Shown: positions 34,514-44,277 of the stretch, piece by piece
Layout of the letters: each line of letters starts with the position of its first letter
Position numbering within the stretch: position 1 is the first letter of the stretch
Assembly: GCA_018819305.1 (NCBI GenBank)
Contig: JAHJQO010000033.1
Coordinates: forward strand, 1,430-65,429
From: Nanobdellota archaeon
GTDB taxonomy: Archaea; Nanobdellota; Nanobdellia; Woesearchaeales; SM23-78
Direction: 5' to 3'
DNA length: 64,000 bases
The notes under the pieces: generated by a model
What the model was told of the DNA's origin: nothing
Database searches by the model: none
The model's input: the letters and a program-made list of their open reading frames with translations, nothing else
Translations under genes and position numbers: made by a program

Positions 34514-35479
34514 CTAGTGTAGCAATAGCAAGGGATCGGCTCTTTCTCTTATTCTCTGAGTTAAATTATTCTCAATTCCGCTTCCTTTCAATTCTTCTAA
34601 ATATTCTATTAGATGAGTTAAATTATCCCTCATTCTATAAACACAAGAAGTCAGTTTACTTGCTGATGCCAGTTCAAATCTTTTCCCCGCCCGGGTTAAA
34701 TAAGAATTTGCTGTTTTTACTAATACAGGGAACACATTAGAAGAAAATACCGCTCGTTCTATTTGATGATTATTTAAATTCCCACTTTCTTGATATGCTA
34801 AAACAATAGGTTGCGTATAAATTCCAGATTCTAAATCTTTTTCCCAGTCAAAAATATCATCACATAATTGAACAGCAACCGCCCCCTCTTCAACACCTTT
34901 TTCAAGATTTAAAACAGGTAAATCGTTATTTGAAGCATCGGCATAGAGAGCAATAGAGGTTTTAGCCATTGCCCCTCTTTTTCCCAACATTAAAAAGTCT
35001 TCAGAATCATAAGGAATTAATTTCCCATGATGCCTCCAGAGATGCCTTTCTCCTTCACTTGCTTGTTGCCAATAGCTGAATAACCTGTGAAAGAGCATAT
35101 CTTTTTGGTTGACGCACCTTATATCCCTTATCCCACTAATCAGACTAGTAACTGCTGCATGTGCAGATGCAGCTCCATTGGCAGGGTTATCCTTGACATC
35201 ATCAAGATGGTGGACAAAAACATCAAAGTGAGAGTTTACTCTCCTAACTCTTTCAAGTACTTTGCGGTTATTTATCCCAAATGGTTCGATCAACAGCTCT
35301 GCTAAACTCACGACAAAAGGTTCGCTTACAGCTCTTTCCTGCCTGGTTACATAATCAATTACAGCAGCCTTCTCTGGGCGTTCCTTTATTTCGTATTTTT
35401 CAAAAGTCACAGCACATCCTGATTCCATAAGGTTAGGGTATAGAAACAAATATATATTATTTCTAGCGATATATATCAC
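34514..35479 (-). CDS. Divergent isoprenoid (trans-prenyl diphosphate) synthase-like protein
   Basis: 321 aa. Two Asp-rich motifs lie at the expected spacing: HHLDDVKD (DDxxD, nt 35192..35206) and AVQLCDDIFDW (FQxxDDxxD-like). A K-T-x-x-L segment (AMAKTSIALYA) lies between them. The start is either GTG 35479 (GTGA overlap) or ATG 35428. Confidence 0.45.
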   Translation of the reverse strand: MIYIARNNIYLFLYPNLMESGCAVTFEKYEIKERPEKAAVIDYVTRQERAVSEPFVVSLAELLIEPFGINNRKVLERVRRVNSHFDVFVHHLDDVKDNPANGAASAHAAVTSLISGIRDIRCVNQKDMLFHRLFSYWQQASEGERHLWRHHGKLIPYDSEDFLMLGKRGAMAKTSIALYADASNNDLPVLNLEKGVEEGAVAVQLCDDIFDWEKDLESGIYTQPIVLAYQESGNLNNHQIERAVFSSNVFPVLVKTANSYLTRAGKRFELASASKLTSCVYRMRDNLTHLIEYLEELKGSGIENNLTQRIRERADPLLLLH

Positions 35480-36198
35480 TTTTCAAGATAAACTGGTAAA
35501 AGTTTCTGCTCTGCTTTTCTTAAATGCGCATGAAATGCTGAGAAAGATATTTTAGACATTTTTGCTAATTTTTTCACACTTGTCTTTCTGGGATAATTAT
35601 AGTATCCTTCTCTGATAGCTAATTCAATGGCTTTCTTTTGTCTTTTAGTTAATTCAGGCCTCAGATTTATTAAGTAGAAATTAGAAATAATCTTTTTTTC
35701 TACCTTTAATATGTTTGCCTCATAATTTTTGTCAAGAAAAGATAAGAATTTGTTTAGTTCCTCTCTTTTCCAACTGCCTATGGTGTAGAAGTTATTTCCC
35801 TTTGCATCAATTAAAACTGGCTCTAGATTAAGTATATTAGTAGTATATGCGGGTTCTAATTCCTTTGGATCCTTAACTTGTGATATGATGAGGTCGTTTT
35901 TTACCTCTAAGTTTACTACTTCATCAGCTTTTTTCAAATCTTTGATAAAATCATTCTTGTTTTTCTCAGCTCCGAAAAGCAAAGAAACTGAATCAACAAA
36001 AAGATAATCTCCTTTCTTCCTCACTAAAACAGGATAGGAAGCGAGTGAAATGTTGAATTTCTTAGCTCGACTACCAAAAACCCCTTTTCCATCTATAATC
36101 TTCATTCTAGCTACCCACATATACATGAGATATATATCACATTTTATATGCTTATCGAAAATATCTGGCTCGTAAAAGCATAAAAGAACATAAATCAT
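35476..36198 (-). CDS. HTH_10 (bacterio-opsin activator-type) transcriptional regulator
   Basis: 240 aa. The C-terminal LTKRQKKAIELAIREGYYNYPRKTSVKKLAKMSKISFSAFHAHLRKAEQKLL is the classic HTH_10 signature. The true start may be an internal Met (MKIIDGKG...). Confidence 0.65.
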   Translation of the reverse strand: MIYVLLCFYEPDIFDKHIKCDIYLMYMWVARMKIIDGKGVFGSRAKKFNISLASYPVLVRKKGDYLFVDSVSLLFGAEKNKNDFIKDLKKADEVVNLEVKNDLIISQVKDPKELEPAYTTNILNLEPVLIDAKGNNFYTIGSWKREELNKFLSFLDKNYEANILKVEKKIISNFYLINLRPELTKRQKKAIELAIREGYYNYPRKTSVKKLAKMSKISFSAFHAHLRKAEQKLLPVYLEK

Positions 36199-36220
36199 GG
36201 AAAACTATTTCCCTTCCTAT

Positions 36221-36262
36221 TTTTTTTCAGTTTTTTGTTCATAACTTCAAGTTAAATCAAAG
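36221..36262 (+). repeat. Right copy of the 42-nt direct repeat
   Basis: tttttttcagttttttgttcataacttcaagttaaatcaaag. About three-quarters identical to 34379..34420 by eye. Confidence 0.6.
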
Positions 36263-36352
36263 TCTAAACAAAGTATATTAATAAGCTTGCACATACAAAT
36301 GGATTAAAACATTAAAAATGCAAAAAAATAATATTAAAAAAACAAACAAAAG

Positions 36353-38536
36353 GTGACTTTTATGACGAGAAAAAAAATATCTGATACAACAATTATGTTA
36401 TTGGGAATTTTAGCGCTAGTTGCAGTTCTTTTTTTAGCAGGATGCAAACCAATACTACCAGGACCTGGTCCAGGCACTGGAACTGGAACCACCACAGGAA
36501 CATATGATTCTATTGAAGTGTTTGATCCAAATGAACAAGTAAGTTCGCAGAGTTTTAAGTCTTTGGCAGAGTTCAATGACTTTGTAAAAGAACAATCCAC
36601 TCAGCAAAATGTTTATTATGGAGGAGGCATGATGAGGGATGGCTTGATGGTTGAAACCATGGATGTGGCTATGGAAGAATCTGCTAATTTCAAAGCAGTT
36701 GCCGCTCCTACAGCCGCAGGTGAGGCTCAGGCTAATATTGATTTCTCAGAAACCAATATTCAGGTTGCTGGCGTTGATGAGGCAGACATAATCAAAACAG
36801 ACGGCCAATATATATACACTGTAACTGGAAACACTTTGTTCATTATCAAAGCTTATCCAGGTGAAGATGCAGAGATTGTTTCTACAATTGATTTTAAAAG
36901 CCAACCAAGCAGCTTGTTTGTCAATGGAGATAAATTAGCTGTGTTTGGAAATTATTATGACCTTGACTTTTTCAAGAAAATTGAATTCACACCAAGACAG
37001 GGCATGACTTTCTTTAATATATATGATATCTCTGATAAATCAGATCCTGAGTTGGTTAAAGAATATAAATTTGAAGGCAATTATTTTGAGTCAAGAATGA
37101 TAGATGACTATGTTTATTTTGTAACAACAACACGACCAGAATACAGGGAAATTTTTCCAACGCCAGTGATTGTTGAAGATACTGTTGTAAGAACTGTTCC
37201 TATAAGAGACATCTTTTACTATCCAATACCATATCAATCAGCACAGTTTGCAAATATTCATGCAATAGACATTGCAAGGCCATCTGCTGACCTTAGTTCA
37301 AAAACAATTGCAGTTGAAGGAAGTCAGAATATGTATATGTCACAGAACAACATCTTCATCACATATACAGAATATATTAATGAATGGGAGATCACCCAGA
37401 AGATCACAATTGATTTGATGATAGATGAGCTTACAACAGCAGACCAGATGCTTGTTGCAAAAATTAAGAAAACAGATAATGAGGTATTGTCTCAGAGCGA
37501 AAAAGAATCTAAAATAATGCAGATAATTCAGACTTATGTGCAGTACCTTGATCCAAATGAGCAGGAAGAACTACAGAACAGAATAGAAGAAAAAGTTCAG
37601 ATTGAGCTTGAGAAATACAAATACAGAGAATATACTTTGATTCATAAAATTAGTGTGGATAAAAGTGTGATAAGGATTGATGCTGATGGCAAAGTACCAG
37701 GCCATATCTTAAATCAGTTTTCAATGGATGAATACAAAGATGTCTTTAGAATTGCAACAACTGTAAGTCCTGTATGGTCAAGATTTGACAAGGAAAGAAC
37801 AGAATCAACCAATAATATCTATACTCTGAATGAGAATTTGGAAGTTCTTGATGAACATGAAGGAATGGCAGAAGGCGAGCAAATTTATTCAACCAGATTC
37901 ATGGGAGACAGATTGTATATGGTTACTTTCAGACAGGTTGATCCATTCTTTGTAATAGATTTGTCTAATCCAAGAAACATCAAAGAGCTTGGAGAATTAA
38001 AGATTCCTGGATTCAGCAGATACCTGCACCCATATGACAAAGATACAATAATAGGAATTGGCAGAGATGCAACAGAACAAGGAAGAACCCAAGGACTTAA
38101 GATTAGCTTGTTTGATGTAAGTGATGTTGAGAATCCAAAAGAGATTGCAAAGTTTGTTACAGATGAAAAATACGCCCAGAGTACAGCAGAGTTTGAGCAC
38201 AAAGCATTCTTGTTTTCAAAAGAAAAAGAACTGCTTGTAATACCTGTTTATAGCTATGATTATAGATGGGATGGTGAAAACACGCAGGGCTATAACGGCG
38301 CAATGGTTTTCAAGATAACCAAGGATGACATTGATATTAGAGGAATTGTTGACCATTCCATGGCAAGAGGAACAAGCAGGTATTATGGCCAGCTAGTAGA
38401 GCGAAGCTTATACATTGAAGAATTGCTTTACACAAAGTCACCAACCTTGCTAAGAATCAATAACATTGATGACTTAGACAGTGTGAACAGCATTGACCTT
38501 GAGCCAAGCAAGGATGGACCGTATAAGATTTATTAA
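36353..38536 (+). CDS. Secreted/lipid-anchored beta-propeller domain protein (COG4880 / Beta_propel)
   Basis: 727 aa. Signal plus lipobox-like LFLAGC, then a PG/TG linker. FSETNIQVAGVDEADIIKTDGQYIYTV and the C-terminal propeller segment (RFMGDRLYMVTFRQVDPFFVIDLSNP) match this family. Confidence 0.75.
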   Translation: MTFMTRKKISDTTIMLLGILALVAVLFLAGCKPILPGPGPGTGTGTTTGTYDSIEVFDPNEQVSSQSFKSLAEFNDFVKEQSTQQNVYYGGGMMRDGLMVETMDVAMEESANFKAVAAPTAAGEAQANIDFSETNIQVAGVDEADIIKTDGQYIYTVTGNTLFIIKAYPGEDAEIVSTIDFKSQPSSLFVNGDKLAVFGNYYDLDFFKKIEFTPRQGMTFFNIYDISDKSDPELVKEYKFEGNYFESRMIDDYVYFVTTTRPEYREIFPTPVIVEDTVVRTVPIRDIFYYPIPYQSAQFANIHAIDIARPSADLSSKTIAVEGSQNMYMSQNNIFITYTEYINEWEITQKITIDLMIDELTTADQMLVAKIKKTDNEVLSQSEKESKIMQIIQTYVQYLDPNEQEELQNRIEEKVQIELEKYKYREYTLIHKISVDKSVIRIDADGKVPGHILNQFSMDEYKDVFRIATTVSPVWSRFDKERTESTNNIYTLNENLEVLDEHEGMAEGEQIYSTRFMGDRLYMVTFRQVDPFFVIDLSNPRNIKELGELKIPGFSRYLHPYDKDTIIGIGRDATEQGRTQGLKISLFDVSDVENPKEIAKFVTDEKYAQSTAEFEHKAFLFSKEKELLVIPVYSYDYRWDGENTQGYNGAMVFKITKDDIDIRGIVDHSMARGTSRYYGQLVERSLYIEELLYTKSPTLLRINNIDDLDSVNSIDLEPSKDGPYKIY

Positions 38537-38539
38537 AGT

Positions 38540-38564
38540 ATTTTTCTTATTTTTTAAGAAAAAT
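38540..38564. terminator. AT-rich hairpin between convergent genes
   Basis: atttttctt (38540..38548) and aagaaaaat (38556..38564) form a perfect 9-bp inverted repeat with a 7-nt loop, embedded in T runs. Confidence 0.3.
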
Positions 38565-38594
38565 ATTCAAAATTATTTTTTATTTTGTTATTTT

Positions 38595-39038
38595 TTATTT
38601 TTTTATTATTCTTTCGAGTTTTCCTTCAAGAACTTTGTGCAGGAAGTCTGTATTAAATTTACGTCTGTATTTGTATTTCTTAAATCCTTTTTTTAGAATT
38701 TTAACGGCTTTTTTTGGGTTTACATCAGGATTATAAGGCGCTTCAGTCTGTCTTACCCAAGTAAATATGTCTGGGATGTTGAGATTGATTATTTTTTTGC
38801 TTTTCTGGACATAAAAATTATTCGCAACTGCTTTTTTCATGTACTTTTCCATAACTAGCAGGGTGTCTGCCCAGTCAACATGCTCTTGCGTTAATTTTAT
38901 TGTATGAGTTGATTCAAGGCCAGCAGATTTAACATTAGCATCAATCTTGTTTTCTGCACAATAATCTTTTAGCCATTCTGCTGCATAAGGACTGCGAAAT
39001 TTATTAACTTGGCATACAAATAAATAGTTTTGAACCAT
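38595..39038 (-). CDS. Low-molecular-weight phosphotyrosine phosphatase / ArsC-like protein
   Basis: 147 aa. The N-terminal LFVCQVNKFRSP fits the CX5R(S/T) P-loop at the position typical of LMW-PTPs. Confidence 0.6.
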   Translation of the reverse strand: MVQNYLFVCQVNKFRSPYAAEWLKDYCAENKIDANVKSAGLESTHTIKLTQEHVDWADTLLVMEKYMKKAVANNFYVQKSKKIINLNIPDIFTWVRQTEAPYNPDVNPKKAVKILKKGFKKYKYRRKFNTDFLHKVLEGKLERIIKK

Positions 39039-39097
39039 TCTGAGAATAAGTTAATCTTGTTTTGTTTTTAAAAGTTGCTTTAGGTACTGATTAAATT

Positions 39098-39763
39098 TCA
39101 TTTCCCTTTATGCTCACTCAGCATTTCCTGGAATGCATTGTAAGCTCTGACAGCGTCTTTTTCTGCAATTATGAATATGAGTTCTGTCATTGTTGAAATG
39201 TTTTCAAACACATTGATGTTTTCCCAGGAGAGCTTTCTTGTGGCTAATGCCAGGATACCAGGCGTGTAGATAAAATCTTTATCCAGTGTGAGCGTGAGAG
39301 AAACCAGATTTTTCTCTATATTAAGGGTTTTTTCTTTTCTGAAAATATTTTTAAGTTCGTTTAAGTATTTTTGAGATACAACAATTGTGATTTCATAGTT
39401 TCCCTGGATTACATTCAGAGTTTCTCCTTTTTTATAATCAACTAGCTTGTGAAGTTCTTTGATTTCATCCAGAGCAGAAGGTGATTTTGTAATTGTGACA
39501 TCGCACAGATTGGTTTTCATGATTAACTCTGATGTTAATTTAAGGGTTTTGGGAATAATAATTTTTTTTCTGAGGGTTTCTGCATATCTTCTGATGCTCA
39601 TGTTAATGGCTGATGCTTTGACTTTATGACCTATTTCTTTTTCTATTCTTGGCTGAAGTTTCTCTGCGAGATTGGCAAAGCTAATGACGTCTTCGATTAA
39701 AGCCTCTTGTAGTGTTGGCCTTGATTCAATTATTTTCTTTGTTATTTGACTTATTGTTACCAT
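39098..39763 (-). CDS. Hypothetical protein, possible C-terminal ACT-like ligand-binding domain
   Basis: 221 aa. The C-terminal ...ENINVFENISTMTELIFIIAEKDAVRAYNAFQEML resembles ACT_7-type domains. This is weak, by-eye evidence only. Confidence 0.3.
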   Translation of the reverse strand: MVTISQITKKIIESRPTLQEALIEDVISFANLAEKLQPRIEKEIGHKVKASAINMSIRRYAETLRKKIIIPKTLKLTSELIMKTNLCDVTITKSPSALDEIKELHKLVDYKKGETLNVIQGNYEITIVVSQKYLNELKNIFRKEKTLNIEKNLVSLTLTLDKDFIYTPGILALATRKLSWENINVFENISTMTELIFIIAEKDAVRAYNAFQEMLSEHKGK

Positions 39764-39870
39764 AACAGTTTACTCTCTATTTTGTTATTATAATAACATT
39801 AAGTTAATATACTATATAAAGATTACGGTATAAATATCATATTTGATAAAGAAATAGTGGGAGGAATACA

Positions 39871-40191
39871 ATGGCAATTCAATATGAAACAGATGTTATG
39901 GGTGTAGACCCAGTTGGTATATTACTTGAAAGCCAAATAATTCAACCAGGTAGATTTCAGCAGGCTTTGAGCAATATGCATGAAATCTTATCTTGTGTAC
40001 CAACTGATGAACACGGGAGATCACCTTATGAAATACAAAGTGAGATACAGGCTTTAAGCGCTGATTTAAGTGAATTAGAAATTGTAGCAAATGGTGGTGG
40101 ACCTGTTCAAAGAGCAGATGTTCTTAGCCAAATAGATCCTATGCATTTGCATACAAACCTAAGAACAATTATTTCTTATTTAGGAAAATAA
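39871..40191 (+). CDS. Hypothetical protein
   Basis: 106-aa ORF preceded by GGGAGG. No motif recognised. Confidence 0.4.
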   Translation: MAIQYETDVMGVDPVGILLESQIIQPGRFQQALSNMHEILSCVPTDEHGRSPYEIQSEIQALSADLSELEIVANGGGPVQRADVLSQIDPMHLHTNLRTIISYLGK

Positions 40192-40220
40192 ACTGAAAGA
40201 TATGAATGGAGGTAAGTAAA

Positions 40221-40379
40221 ATGGCAGAATGTCCAACATGCGGAGCAAACATAACAATACCAGAAGGAACAGAAACAAACCAGATAATCACATGCCCTGA
40301 TTGTGGCAGCGAATTAGAGGTTACTGGACCAGATGCTGTGAAGCCAGCACCGCAAGAAGAAGAAGATTGGGGAGAATAA
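40221..40379 (+). CDS. lysW: Amino-group carrier protein LysW
   Basis: 52 aa, below the track cutoff: MAECPTCGANITIPEGTETNQIITCPDCGSELEVTGPDAVKPAPQEEEDWGE. Has a zinc ribbon (CPTC...CPDC) plus the canonical acidic C-terminus EDWGE. GGAGGT lies 8 nt upstream. First gene of the lys operon. Confidence 0.85.
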   Translation: MAECPTCGANITIPEGTETNQIITCPDCGSELEVTGPDAVKPAPQEEEDWGE

Positions 40380-40407
40380 GGAGAATAATTTAGGAGACAA
40401 GAAAGAA

Positions 40408-41571
40408 ATGGTGCAAATACTAGATGCAACACTGAGAGAAGGAGAACAAACTCCAGGAGTTTATTTTGATAATCATATCAAGCTCGCAATAGCTGACAGA
40501 CTGGATAAAATAGGTGTTGATTATATTGAAGCAGGACACCCTGCTGTAAGCAAAGAAATTTATCACGCAGTGAATCAGATTGCAGGCAGAAACCTGAGTT
40601 CTGTTGTTGCAGCGCATTCTCGTTCATTAAAAAAAGATGTTGATTTTGCACTGGAATGCGGAGTTGGGTTCTTAGGAATATTTTATTGTGTTTCTAATGG
40701 CAGGCTTAATGGTATTTTTGAAAAAACTTTACCATTAGCTATTGACCAAATATCAAAAACCATTGCTTATGCCAGAGAACAAAACCCTGACTTGATAATA
40801 AGATATACTCCGGAAGACACTGTCCGTTCTGAGTTCAGCAATGTTGTAGATGTTTCTGTTGCTGCTGTAAATGCAGGCGCAGACATAATCAGTGTTGCTG
40901 ACACAACGGGTTTTATGATTCCAGGAACAGAAAGAAGCATGTATGATTATGTTTCCAGATTAAGAGATGCATTTGATAAAAACAATGTTAATCCAAAGAT
41001 TGCTGTTCATTGCCATAATGACAGAGGGCTTGCGCTTGCTAATGCTCTTGATGGGTATAGGGCAGGAGCAGAAATTATTGATGCAACCATTCTTGGCATT
41101 GGAGAAAGAGCAGGCCTTGTTGACCTTGCAACTCTTCTTGCAGTTCTAAAGACAGATTTTAAGGTTGAAAATAATTGGGATTTGGCAAGGCTTCCAGAAT
41201 TATACAAACTTGTAAGTGAATATGCTAGAATTCCTATTCCAGTAAACGCTCCTATTACAGGAGCTAATGCGTTTACGCATTGCGCAGGCGTTCATACTCA
41301 TGCAGCTGCCAGCAAAAAAGGAGATCCAATTCATTATCAAAGCATATCGCCGGAAATTGTGGGAAGAGAAAGCGAAGTTTCATTAGACCATATGTCTGGG
41401 TTGAGTTCTGTAATCTGGGCATTAGAAAGAGTTGATGTACCTAATCCTGATGAAGAATTTGTAAGAAATATTCTGGAAAAAGTGAAAATAATTGGTCAGA
41501 AAAGACCAGTGAGTCTTGATGAATTAAGACATATGGTAGAATCTTGTGAAGGAGAGATGGTAAGGAGGTAG
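40408..41571 (+). CDS. Homocitrate synthase / 2-isopropylmalate synthase family (no regulatory domain)
   Basis: 387 aa. ILDATLREGEQTPGV and HCHNDRGLALANAL are DRE-TIM metallolyase motifs. The LysW-cluster context favours homocitrate synthase, but citramalate/IPM synthase cannot be excluded. Confidence 0.8.
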   Translation: MVQILDATLREGEQTPGVYFDNHIKLAIADRLDKIGVDYIEAGHPAVSKEIYHAVNQIAGRNLSSVVAAHSRSLKKDVDFALECGVGFLGIFYCVSNGRLNGIFEKTLPLAIDQISKTIAYAREQNPDLIIRYTPEDTVRSEFSNVVDVSVAAVNAGADIISVADTTGFMIPGTERSMYDYVSRLRDAFDKNNVNPKIAVHCHNDRGLALANALDGYRAGAEIIDATILGIGERAGLVDLATLLAVLKTDFKVENNWDLARLPELYKLVSEYARIPIPVNAPITGANAFTHCAGVHTHAAASKKGDPIHYQSISPEIVGRESEVSLDHMSGLSSVIWALERVDVPNPDEEFVRNILEKVKIIGQKRPVSLDELRHMVESCEGEMVRR

Positions 41572-41574
41572 AAT

Positions 41575-42429
41575 ATGACAATTAAAATAGGATTTTTGCA
41601 TTCAGTAATAAGAGTTGAGGAAAAACTTTTGCTGGATGAATTGAGAAAGAGAAAAGATGTTGAAATAGTAATGTTAGATGACAGAAAACTGGCATTTAAT
41701 CTTGGAAAGAATGGATTTGATGTGGATGTTATTATTGAGCGAAGTATTAATCATTCCAGAGCATTGCATGCATTGAGATTATTTGAAAGCATAGGTATTA
41801 AGTGCATTAATAGATATGCTGTTGCAAATATTTGCGGTGATAAGCTTCTCACATCAACTGCACTCATGGAACATAAAGTTCCTCAGCCAGAAGTAAGAGT
41901 TGCATTTACAGAAGAATCTGCTTTGCAGCAAATAGAAGAAATGGGTTATCCTGTTGTTCTCAAGCCAGCAACTGGTTCTTGGGGAAGACTTATATCCAAG
42001 GTGAATGACAGAGAATCAGCTGAATCTCTGCTTGAGCATAAGAGAATACTTGGAAGTTATCATCATTCAATATTTTACATTCAGAAATATGTCGAGAAAA
42101 AAGGAAGAGACATAAGAAGCTTTGTTGTAGGAGACAAGTGCATTGCTGCCATTTACAGAACTTCAGAGCATTGGATTACAAACACTGCCAGAGGAGGCAA
42201 GGCAACAAACTGTCCTGTAACTCCAGAACTTGCACAGATATCTTTGGCAGCAGCCAAAGCAGTTGGAGGCGGAATTGTAGCAATTGATTTGTTTGAAACA
42301 GACAAAGGATTACTTGTGAACGAAGTCAATTACACTATGGAATTCAGAAACAGCATTGACACAACAGGTGTTAATATTCCTGAGAAAATTGTTGATTATG
42401 TTTTAAAAGTTGCAGGTGAAAAAAAATGA
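41575..42429 (+). CDS. lysX: LysW--alpha-aminoadipate (or glutamate) ligase, RimK-type ATP-grasp
   Basis: 284 aa. [31 protein letters not shown] and [18 protein letters not shown] are ATP-grasp motifs. Sits in the canonical position in the cluster. Confidence 0.85.
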   Translation: MTIKIGFLHSVIRVEEKLLLDELRKRKDVEIVMLDDRKLAFNLGKNGFDVDVIIERSINHSRALHALRLFESIGIKCINRYAVANICGDKLLTSTALMEHKVPQPEVRVAFTEESALQQIEEMGYPVVLKPATGSWGRLISKVNDRESAESLLEHKRILGSYHHSIFYIQKYVEKKGRDIRSFVVGDKCIAAIYRTSEHWITNTARGGKATNCPVTPELAQISLAAAKAVGGGIVAIDLFETDKGLLVNEVNYTMEFRNSIDTTGVNIPEKIVDYVLKVAGEKK

Positions 42430-43466
42430 CAGAGAAAATTCGAGTTAGCATTGTTGGAGCTAGCGGATATGTGGGTGGAGAACTGCTGAGACTTTTGCTT
42501 CAGCATCCAAATGCAGAAGTTAATCAAGTTACTTCTGAGAGGTTTGCAGCAAAACCTGTAACTGTGATTCATCCGAATCTTAGAACGCAGACTGATTTAA
42601 AGTTTTGCAGTGTAAATGATTTGGAAAAAGTTGACTTGATGTTTATTGCATTGCCACATGCAAAGTTGATGAATGATTTTGACAAGTTCAGCAAGCTTGC
42701 TGAGAGAATTATTGATTTGTCAGCTGACTTTAGATTGAAAAATCCTGAGGATTACAAAGAGTGGTATGATGTTGAACATCCAAGAGCTGAGCTGTTGAAT
42801 GATTTTGTTTATGGAATTGTTGAACTGCACAGAGAAGAGATGAAAAAAGCAAACTACATTAGCAGTGCTGGATGCAATGCAACTGCAACAATCCTGCCAC
42901 TTTATCCTTTGTTTAAAAACAATCTCGTGGATTTGAGCAAGCCTGTTATTGCAGAGGCAAAGTGCGGTTCATCTGAGGGAGGAAACAAGTTTTCAGAAGC
43001 ATCACATCATCCTGAGAGAAGCGGATGTGTCAGGTCTTACAAGCCATCAGGCCACAGACATACTGCAGAAATGATTCAGGAGCTTGGCAATCAAATTAAT
43101 TTTTCAGCCACATCAATTGAAATGGTCAGAGGTATTTTGTTGACTGCTCATGTTTTTCTTAAGCAGGGTTTGACTGAGCTTGATGTTTGGAAAGCTTATA
43201 GAAAAGAATATGGTGATGAGCCATTCATTAGAATTGTCAAGGAAAGAACAGGAATCTATAGGTATCCTGAGCCAAAGATTTTATCAGGAAGCAATTTCTG
43301 TGATATAGGTTTTGCTCTTGATGAAAAAACGGGGCGGCTTGTAGTAATTGGGGCTATTGATAATCTGATGAAAGGAGCAGCAGGTCAGGCAGTGCATGCA
43401 ATGAATGTGATGCTTGGTTTTGATGAGAAGATGGGTTTAGAATTTATGGGGTTGCATCCAATATGA
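42426..43466 (+). CDS. lysY: [LysW]-aminoadipate/glutamate 6/5-phosphate reductase (ArgC family)
   Basis: 346 aa. [16 protein letters not shown], catalytic SSAGCNATA, and [12 protein letters not shown]. Confidence 0.9.
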   Translation: MTEKIRVSIVGASGYVGGELLRLLLQHPNAEVNQVTSERFAAKPVTVIHPNLRTQTDLKFCSVNDLEKVDLMFIALPHAKLMNDFDKFSKLAERIIDLSADFRLKNPEDYKEWYDVEHPRAELLNDFVYGIVELHREEMKKANYISSAGCNATATILPLYPLFKNNLVDLSKPVIAEAKCGSSEGGNKFSEASHHPERSGCVRSYKPSGHRHTAEMIQELGNQINFSATSIEMVRGILLTAHVFLKQGLTELDVWKAYRKEYGDEPFIRIVKERTGIYRYPEPKILSGSNFCDIGFALDEKTGRLVVIGAIDNLMKGAAGQAVHAMNVMLGFDEKMGLEFMGLHPI

Positions 43467-43473
43467 GGTTAAA

Positions 43474-44277
43474 ATGATTGTTATAAAAGTTGGCGGAGCA
43501 CTTGGAATCAATTATGATTTATTTTTGCAGGACCTTGCAGGACTTGTAAAAAATAAGAATCAGGAGATTGTGCTAGTCCATGGTGGCTCAGGAGAACTTA
43601 ATGAGATATCAACCAAACTTGGCAAGCCACCTAAAATGGTGACATCTGCATCAGGCCATGTTTCCCGCAGGACAGATAAAGAGACTCTTGAGATTTTTAA
43701 TATGGTTCTTTGCGGCAAGATGAACAAGATGATTGTTGAGAAACTGCAGCAGCTTGGAGTAAATGCAATTGGCTTGAGTGGAATAGATGGCAGACTGTTG
43801 GTTGGTAAGAGAAAAAACATAATTATTGTTGAAGATGGTAAAAAGAAAATTATTCGTGATGATTATACTGGAAAAATTGAAGAGGTTAATGTTGATTTGA
43901 TTCGATTGCTGCTTGGCAATGGTTTTATGCCAGTAATTACACCGCCAGGTTTAAGCTATGAGAATGAAGCAATTAATGTTGATGGTGACAGAGCAGCTGC
44001 AATTATTGCAAGCTCACTCAAAGCAGAAGCATTGGTTATTTTGTCAAATATTCCTGGCCTGCTTAAAGATGTTGATGATGAGAGCAGTCTGATTAAAGAG
44101 ATTAATAAAGAAGAGATTGACGATTACATGCAGTTTGCTAAGAAGAGGATGAAGAAAAAAGTTATGGGAGCAACAGAAGCACTGAATCAGGGCGTGCAGA
44201 AAGTTATTTTTGGTGATGCAAGAATTGAGAATCCAATAACAAAAGCTCTTGAAGGGCAAGGAACTGTGATACAATGA
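43474..44277 (+). CDS. lysZ: [LysW]-aminoadipate/glutamate kinase (ArgB family)
   Basis: 267 aa. Amino-acid kinase fold: IVIKVGGA, VLVHGGS, INVDGDRAAA. Confidence 0.85.
   Translation: MIVIKVGGALGINYDLFLQDLAGLVKNKNQEIVLVHGGSGELNEISTKLGKPPKMVTSASGHVSRRTDKETLEIFNMVLCGKMNKMIVEKLQQLGVNAIGLSGIDGRLLVGKRKNIIIVEDGKKKIIRDDYTGKIEEVNVDLIRLLLGNGFMPVITPPGLSYENEAINVDGDRAAAIIASSLKAEALVILSNIPGLLKDVDDESSLIKEINKEEIDDYMQFAKKRMKKKVMGATEALNQGVQKVIFGDARIENPITKALEGQGTVIQ

Noticed and set aside
36455-36500. Repetitive CCAGG/ACTGG DNA near the start of the beta-propeller gene
   Set aside because: It encodes the PGPGPGTGTGTTTG linker after the lipobox, an ordinary flexible tether rather than an independent DNA element.
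40169-40432. 87-aa minus-strand ORF in the track
   Set aside because: It is antisense to the well-supported lysW gene (zinc ribbon, EDWGE tail, SD) and has an S/P/C-rich nonsense-like composition.
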